From: an uncultured virus (IMG/VR IMGVR_UViG_3300002092_000003)
Taxonomy: Duplodnaviria > Heunggongvirae > Uroviricota > Caudoviricetes
Direction: 5' to 3' (one strand)
IMG/VR virus record: IMGVR_UViG_3300002092_000003
Location: 60,982-80,981 of that record
DNA: 20,000 nt
Shown here: positions 15,300 through 20,000 of the stretch, one piece after another
Position numbering within the stretch: the first letter of the stretch is position 1
Layout of the letters: the number at the start of each line of letters is the position of its first letter
Notes under the pieces: generated by a model
Databases searched by the model: none
What the model was told of the DNA's origin: nothing
What the model saw: the letters and a program-made list of their open reading frames with translations, nothing else
Made by a program: the position numbers and the translations under genes

Positions 15300-15518
15300 A
15301 TGTTAGCATATCTTAAAAACTTTATTATTGGCTTGGCAGTTGCATCTTTCGTAGCTGGGGCAATCATAATACTATTTAACATCTTTCAGTATTTCTATCT
15401 TAATTACGATTTTAACGCTAAATATGCCTTGTATATTACCTTATTCTTTGGTAGTATTCATGGGCTAGCATTAGTGGGATCGGCAACGGCAAAATATTTA
15501 CAAAGGAAAAGCAAATGA
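15300..15518 (+). CDS. two-TM membrane protein
   Basis: GAGGT RBS before ATG 15300; two hydrophobic segments. Confidence 0.7.
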   Translation: MLAYLKNFIIGLAVASFVAGAIIILFNIFQYFYLNYDFNAKYALYITLFFGSIHGLALVGSATAKYLQRKSK

Positions 15519-15904
15519 ATTTTGAAGAGAGTTATGATACAAATGGACCTGAGCTTATTAGCCGCTTTAGAGAGCTGCTTAAGCTTAAATTTGGCGCAGA
15601 GAGTGACCTAGCTAGTGCAAGAAATAAAGTAAGCCGTATAAGCCTATTAGGTAACGCAGATAACGAGATTATAGCTCATAGCAAAGAATCTATTCCAGCG
15701 GATAATGTAGCACAAATACAGATTCGTTCTGTTTTAGTATTGTCGCAGTTTTATTTAAGCATTGATGACATTATGCAGTTGCTAGATGATGCAGAATTAT
15801 TTACAGAGCTACTAAATAAGCTTGCAAGTAAGAGCAGTAGAGTGTATGCTACTAAAGAGCAGGTTTATGAAACAAGTGGATTGCTAATACAGTTTCTACG
15901 TTAG
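15515..15904 (+). CDS. hypothetical protein
   Basis: 129 aa; AAGGA RBS; ATGA overlap. Confidence 0.75.
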   Translation: MNFEESYDTNGPELISRFRELLKLKFGAESDLASARNKVSRISLLGNADNEIIAHSKESIPADNVAQIQIRSVLVLSQFYLSIDDIMQLLDDAELFTELLNKLASKSSRVYATKEQVYETSGLLIQFLR

Positions 15905-15913
15905 GAGTAATTT

Positions 15914-16228
15914 ATGATTTATGTGAGTTTAATACTAAATGTTATTATTATTTTAGTATACTTTAAGAGCGGCGATAAAGCATCTCAATCTGATTTCATT
16001 AACCTTAAGATAGAAGTTGATAAATTACGATCTAAAACGCTTAAGTTTAAAAAAGGTGATTATGTTGTGTATAATAATGTAAAATGTTTTATTTCTAGTA
16101 TTAATATTGATAGATATGAAGGGTTTTCGTATGCGGTGCATAGTCCCTATCATATACAAGGACCGAACATCTCTCGATATATAGGAGAAGCTGAATTAAC
16201 AATACTAAAATGCAAAAAGGAAAAATAA
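15914..16228 (+). CDS. membrane-anchored hypothetical protein with SH3-like C-domain
   Basis: N-terminal TM, then KFKKGDYVVY; AGGAG RBS. Confidence 0.7.
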   Translation: MIYVSLILNVIIILVYFKSGDKASQSDFINLKIEVDKLRSKTLKFKKGDYVVYNNVKCFISSINIDRYEGFSYAVHSPYHIQGPNISRYIGEAELTILKCKKEK

Positions 16229-16376
16229 ATGCTATCAATACTAATTCGCGGTTTACTAACGATTTTAATCGGCTTACTCTTAAAGCAAAGGGAATTCCTA
16301 AGCTTTATAGGCATAAGCTATCTTGTTGACATGGCTTACTATGTTATGATAATACTGCAAACAAAAGGGCGGGGCG

Positions 16377-17270
16377 GTGAATAAAGGTATCAGGCTATCG
16401 CATAGCTCTCGCGAAACATATAATTCTTGTCCGCAAAAGTGGAAGCTTCACTATATAAATAAGTATCGTTCCCGACGCACTACGTCAGCTCTCGTTTTCG
16501 GGTCATCGATAGATAACGCATTAAACGATTTACTGCTAAACGGCAATTACGCACAAGCTGAATTAATATTCACGGACGAATGGCTAACATACAAAAATGC
16601 TAATCACATAGATTTTTATCCGAGCGATTACGATAGCTCATTATTGACGCTACAAGACGTTGAGACTATCGAAGCTATAGCAGACGATGCAGAACGTAAA
16701 CATGCCTTAGCATGGCATACGTTGCTTGTAAAAGGCATTGTGATGCTACGAGCATACCATACAGATATTTACCCCCGCATTAAGAAGGTACATAGCGTAC
16801 AGACACCTGTAAACTTAATTGGAATGCTGGAAGATGGTACTGAGTCTACTGACTCCATCAGCGGGTTCATCGATTGTATTCTTGACTTAGAATTAGATGA
16901 CGGCACGATAGCTACTGTAATTGTAGATAACAAGACTAGCAGTACGCCATATCCTAAGAACGCAGTACTAACAAAAGAGCAAACTGCTTTGTATTCCTTA
17001 GCCTATCCTGATATTGAATACGCAGCGTTTGCCGTTATGGTTAAAAAATCTTTAGGCAGAACGCAATTGCTGATTGGTAAGCCGCCAGAAGAATTAAAAC
17101 AGAAAGTGCTTGACAATTTTGTTGAAACATTAGAGAATATAAACGCGGGAAAGTTCCCGCAGAACAGAAAATCATGCTTTAGTTTTGGCAGTAAATGCTG
17201 TTATTATAGCTATTGCCACGGAGAAGGATTCGATGAGAACATCTTTGAGAAAATCGATGAAAACAAGTAA
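16377..17270 (+). CDS. PD-(D/E)XK (RecB/Cas4-like) exonuclease
   Basis: LSHS...CPQKW, GFIDC, IVDNKTS, QTALY, and a C-terminal Cys cluster CFSFGSKCCYYSYC (Fe-S staple pattern). Confidence 0.88.
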   Translation: MNKGIRLSHSSRETYNSCPQKWKLHYINKYRSRRTTSALVFGSSIDNALNDLLLNGNYAQAELIFTDEWLTYKNANHIDFYPSDYDSSLLTLQDVETIEAIADDAERKHALAWHTLLVKGIVMLRAYHTDIYPRIKKVHSVQTPVNLIGMLEDGTESTDSISGFIDCILDLELDDGTIATVIVDNKTSSTPYPKNAVLTKEQTALYSLAYPDIEYAAFAVMVKKSLGRTQLLIGKPPEELKQKVLDNFVETLENINAGKFPQNRKSCFSFGSKCCYYSYCHGEGFDENIFEKIDENK

Positions 17271-17421
17271 AGAATTATATGCTTGCATAGGTTCTAAAAA
17301 TGTAATAGGATTTATATTAGGTATCTATTCTTTTCATTCTACTTATGATTTTGATTCAAAAATAGGAACTTATGTTAGTAAGATAGTATTTGATACAAAA
17401 CTTATAAAGGCGTTAAGATGA
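17257..17421 (+). CDS. small protein with C-terminal TK[LV]xxAL motif
   Basis: Likely start ATG 17257; ends FDTKLIKALR. Confidence 0.6.
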   Translation: MKTSKELYACIGSKNVIGFILGIYSFHSTYDFDSKIGTYVSKIVFDTKLIKALR

Positions 17422-17639
17422 GATATCTAGATACACATAAAGCGGATAAAAGTAAACTGTGGGTGGTATATTCTAATCAAATAAATCCAGCAATCACTTC
17501 CACAATGGCAAGATACTTCTATTCATCTAAGGACTTAGCCCAACATTGGACAAGGTTAGTATCTGATAATACTAGTAAATGGCAGTATATGAAACTTTCC
17601 GCTGGACAATCGAAAGTAATTGAGGCATTATACAAATGA
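17418..17639 (+). CDS. small protein with C-terminal SK[LV]xxAL motif
   Basis: Ends GQSKVIEALYK; ATGA overlaps. Confidence 0.7.
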   Translation: MRYLDTHKADKSKLWVVYSNQINPAITSTMARYFYSSKDLAQHWTRLVSDNTSKWQYMKLSAGQSKVIEALYK

Positions 17640-17851
17640 GTACAATACGTCAACAGATGAGAGCATCAAAATGTGCAGTTGGATGGGTAGAAAAAAGAAT
17701 TCCTACGAGAAGACTGCGAGAGCTTGTAAAGGGACATTTTACTTGCTGTGAAGATTACGCCCTAAACAGCGATTCTATGTTATACTATAAAGTTAGCGTA
17801 ATTAAAAGCAAAGTAATACAAATACTATTAAAGGAGAAACTATGTCAGTAA
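17636..17851 (+). CDS. small protein with C-terminal motif variant
   Basis: Ends IKSKVIQILLKEKLCQ. Confidence 0.7.
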   Translation: MSTIRQQMRASKCAVGWVEKRIPTRRLRELVKGHFTCCEDYALNSDSMLYYKVSVIKSKVIQILLKEKLCQ

Positions 17852-18252
17852 AAGTAATGAAGGTGTACGAATTAGCTCGCAAACACAATGAGCCTGTATC
17901 AGACTTCGTAGCCAAGCTTAATAGCTTAGGCTTTACAGTAAAGTCTCACCTATCCTCATTAACCGCAGAAGACCTTGTAACCATTAGCGCATTGCTATCG
18001 AATACAGGCTTGGAAGAAGTTATTCCGCCGAAAGCAAGTAACCTCGACAAAAAAGTATATCCTGAATGCTGTAGTGTTGTGATTACAAAAGTAAGTGAAC
18101 GCCAGTATACTATTAGTATTGTTGATAGTAAAATTGTGAATGGAATGCTTGAGGTTACTGTAGTAGAGCAAGATAGCAGTAGCAGAAGTAAAGCTGAGGC
18201 TTTAATAGAAGCTGATAGAATCGGCTATAAATACAAGATTGACCGAACGTGA
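17842..18252 (+). CDS. protein with an N-terminal translation initiation factor IF2 N-domain-like module
   Basis: KVMKVYELARKHNEPVSDFVAKLNSLGFTVKSHLSSLTAED matches the IF2_N pattern RVYELAKELG....EL...L..LG..VKSH.S.L; AAGGAG RBS. Confidence 0.75.
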   Translation: MSVKVMKVYELARKHNEPVSDFVAKLNSLGFTVKSHLSSLTAEDLVTISALLSNTGLEEVIPPKASNLDKKVYPECCSVVITKVSERQYTISIVDSKIVNGMLEVTVVEQDSSSRSKAEALIEADRIGYKYKIDRT

Positions 18253-18437
18253 AGAGATACTACTTCGGAGTGATAAGCTGTGCTAATTATTGGAAGCTTA
18301 CGATTATTCAGCGTGGAGCTAGAGCTAATTTACCTCTATACGCAATTCAACCTGACAGCCCATATAATAGAGAGTATAATCACAGAATAGCAGAAGGTGT
18401 TTGGGAATCTAAAGTAGCAAAGGCATTATATGCGTGA
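18249..18437 (+). CDS. small protein with C-terminal SK[LV]xxAL motif
   Basis: Ends WESKVAKALYA. Confidence 0.7.
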   Translation: MKRYYFGVISCANYWKLTIIQRGARANLPLYAIQPDSPYNREYNHRIAEGVWESKVAKALYA

Positions 18438-18648
18438 AAAATTTAGACGATTAAATTTCAAAATAGGCGATCCTTGCGATGGATTTAATCCTAGCAGAGT
18501 AATTTGTACTATATTTAATAGAAATTTTAGACGTCACAGGCTAGATACTAACCATCTATTCTATGAACAGTATTATACCACTGAAAGTTATATGCTAAAA
18601 CAGACGGTATACGGTAGTAAACTAGTAGGTGCATTATGCGAAAGTTAG
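18430..18648 (+). CDS. small protein with C-terminal SK[LV]xxAL motif
   Basis: Ends YGSKLVGALCES. Confidence 0.7.
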   Translation: MREKFRRLNFKIGDPCDGFNPSRVICTIFNRNFRRHRLDTNHLFYEQYYTTESYMLKQTVYGSKLVGALCES

Positions 18649-18766
18649 CCGCATCTTTTTGCTTGCTAATTTCTCTGTATACTGCTAGCATAGTAGTACC
18701 AGCAAATAGTATTCAGCTTATGCTGTTTGGAACACAATTAATGACTTGGATTTTTAGGAGGAAAAT

Positions 18767-18985
18767 ATGACACACATAGAAATAAACGTAGGTACAAACA
18801 AATACATTGTTCCCCTCGCAGGGCTTTACCTGACAGGCGAAAAGTCTAGCAGAATCAATCTCGCAGGTGTGGGAGGATTTGATGTTACCGACGAGGAGTA
18901 TCAGAGAGTGAAGGAGATACTGCTACGCGAAGACTTATTCTTTTTGCCGAAAGATAGTGAACAAAAACCAACAAGGATTAAATAA
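18767..18985 (+). CDS. hypothetical protein
   Basis: AGGAGG RBS; 72 aa. Confidence 0.8.
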   Translation: MTHIEINVGTNKYIVPLAGLYLTGEKSSRINLAGVGGFDVTDEEYQRVKEILLREDLFFLPKDSEQKPTRIK

Positions 18986-19623
18986 TGAAAACATCAGAAT
19001 CAATCAAGCATGTGCTATCTGCTTTATTTAAAGTGCAAACGCAAATGAATAAAGTAATTAAAGATAGTAAGAATCCATTTTTTAAGTCAAACTACGCAGA
19101 TATTAATGCGTTGCAAGATGAACTAAAACCTCTGTTAACGGAATCGGGTTTAGTAGTTATGCAGCCCCCTACTACGCAAGACGGTAAAAATTACATTGAG
19201 ACTTATATTGGGCATCCTGAGTCTGGTGAATTTATGAGCAGCTTAAATGAAATCATCGTAGCGAAGCAGAATGATCCCCAATCCTATTTAGCCGCACAAA
19301 CTTATACTCGACGTGGAGCATTACAAGCTACCTTTAACATGGGTGCAGTCGATGATGATGGGAACTATGCGTCAGGACGTTCTGATAAATTAGAAAACAG
19401 TAAAATTCCACCAAAGAATAATACTGTTCCACCAAAAGAATCCCATTCTGTAAATAGTAATCAAGTAGCAGCGGCATCTGTAACTGTGAAAGTAATTCCA
19501 GTAAAGCCTAGCGCAGTAGCAGAATTCCAAGCCGCAAAGCCTAAGACGACAAGTTTTAAAGCTGCTGCTGAAGCAAAAAAACAACCAATTGTTGTCGCAG
19601 AAAGCGACGACTTAGACCTTTAA
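18985..19623 (+). CDS. erf: ERF-family single-strand annealing protein
   Basis: KDSKNPFFKSNYADIN, GLVVMQ, H.ESGEF, DPQSYLAAQTYTRRGAL, DDDGN, and a low-complexity C-tail ending DDLDL. Confidence 0.9.
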   Translation: MKTSESIKHVLSALFKVQTQMNKVIKDSKNPFFKSNYADINALQDELKPLLTESGLVVMQPPTTQDGKNYIETYIGHPESGEFMSSLNEIIVAKQNDPQSYLAAQTYTRRGALQATFNMGAVDDDGNYASGRSDKLENSKIPPKNNTVPPKESHSVNSNQVAAASVTVKVIPVKPSAVAEFQAAKPKTTSFKAAAEAKKQPIVVAESDDLDL

Positions 19624-19632
19624 GGAGTAATT

Positions 19633-19824
19633 ATGAGTATAAAAATAGATACGGTAAAAGAATTACAAATATTATTAGAAAACAAAAAGATACTAAGTGT
19701 GTCAGTAGATAATGACACTAGTTCTGTTCATTTTCTATTAGATGGATTTACATTATCAGTCCGTTCATTTTTAATAGAAGGTATTGCACATTTAGATATA
19801 ACTGGAAAAACAAACAAGGAGTAA
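19633..19824 (+). CDS. hypothetical protein
   Basis: AAGGAG RBS; 63 aa. Confidence 0.75.
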   Translation: MSIKIDTVKELQILLENKKILSVSVDNDTSSVHFLLDGFTLSVRSFLIEGIAHLDITGKTNKE

Positions 19825-19826
19825 TT

Positions 19827-20000
19827 ATGTTACCAATTATAATTCTTATAGGTATTTTTATTGTCATGCTTCCTGCAATTATAAGTGCATTTGGTTTTAT
19901 AGATAATGAACAGGAATTAGAATATTTAAAAGAAATAAAAGAATTGGAAGTAGCTTTAGCAATTGCAGAAACGAGATACGAATCGGCATACGACCAATTA
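19827..20000 (+). CDS. membrane protein, 3'-truncated by the window edge
   Basis: AAGGAG RBS; MLPIIILIGIFIVMLPAIISAFGF..., open to the window end. Confidence 0.7.
   Translation, partial: MLPIIILIGIFIVMLPAIISAFGFIDNEQELEYLKEIKELEVALAIAETRYESAYDQL

Noticed and set aside
16326..16353. Possible promoter TTGACA-16 nt-GATAAT upstream of the nuclease
   Set aside because: The -10 is weak and the site lies within a small ORF; too uncertain to list.
16377..17270. Cas4-like nuclease as evidence of CRISPR-Cas
   Set aside because: No repeat-spacer array or other cas genes; the context with ERF indicates a recombination exonuclease.
5009..18648. Diversity-generating retroelement or integron as the source of the small-gene family
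   Set aside because: No reverse transcriptase, template/variable repeat pair, integrase or attC-like repeats in the window; the similarity is at protein level only.
12365..19584. Other minus-strand ORFs (12365, 12776, 13404, 14901, 19390; also 1401, 4814, 7958)
   Set aside because: Antisense shadows of + strand genes that have RBSs.
13661..19829. Recurrent AGGAGTAATT(T)ATG before several genes
   Set aside because: Explained as a preferred RBS and spacer.
1..20000. tRNA/rRNA genes and alternative genetic code
   Set aside because: No cloverleaf or rRNA signatures were seen, and TAA, TAG and TGA all end genes normally with high coding density in the standard code.

Overview
AT-rich window from a lytic dsDNA tailed bacteriophage (Caudoviricetes-like), with genes densely packed and almost all on the + strand. 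The left part (1-8700) carries the 3' end of an M15 zinc peptidase, an HU/IHF-like protein and a class II ribonucleotide reductase (nrdJ). The nrdJ gene is interrupted at its catalytic Cys by a LAGLIDADG intein. Around 8700-9350 is a largely non-coding junction with a poly-C tract, IHF-consensus sites and a sigma54-like site, which may be the genome end. It is followed by an early-type region (8900-15100) of tiny genes driven by about 10 near-consensus sigma70 promoters, then a recombination module (PD-(D/E)XK nuclease, ERF). The most striking unexplained signal is a set of at least 13 otherwise unrelated 45-90 aa proteins that share a C-terminal motif, [ST]-K-[LV]-x-x-A-[LI]-[FYL]. Other notable observations are a positionally fixed RAYGCR motif in six promoter spacers, a stand-alone PhaR-type DNA-binding domain, an IF2 N-terminal-domain-like protein, and two genes that appear to start at AUC and AUA. 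All family calls come from motif recognition by eye; no database search was run.
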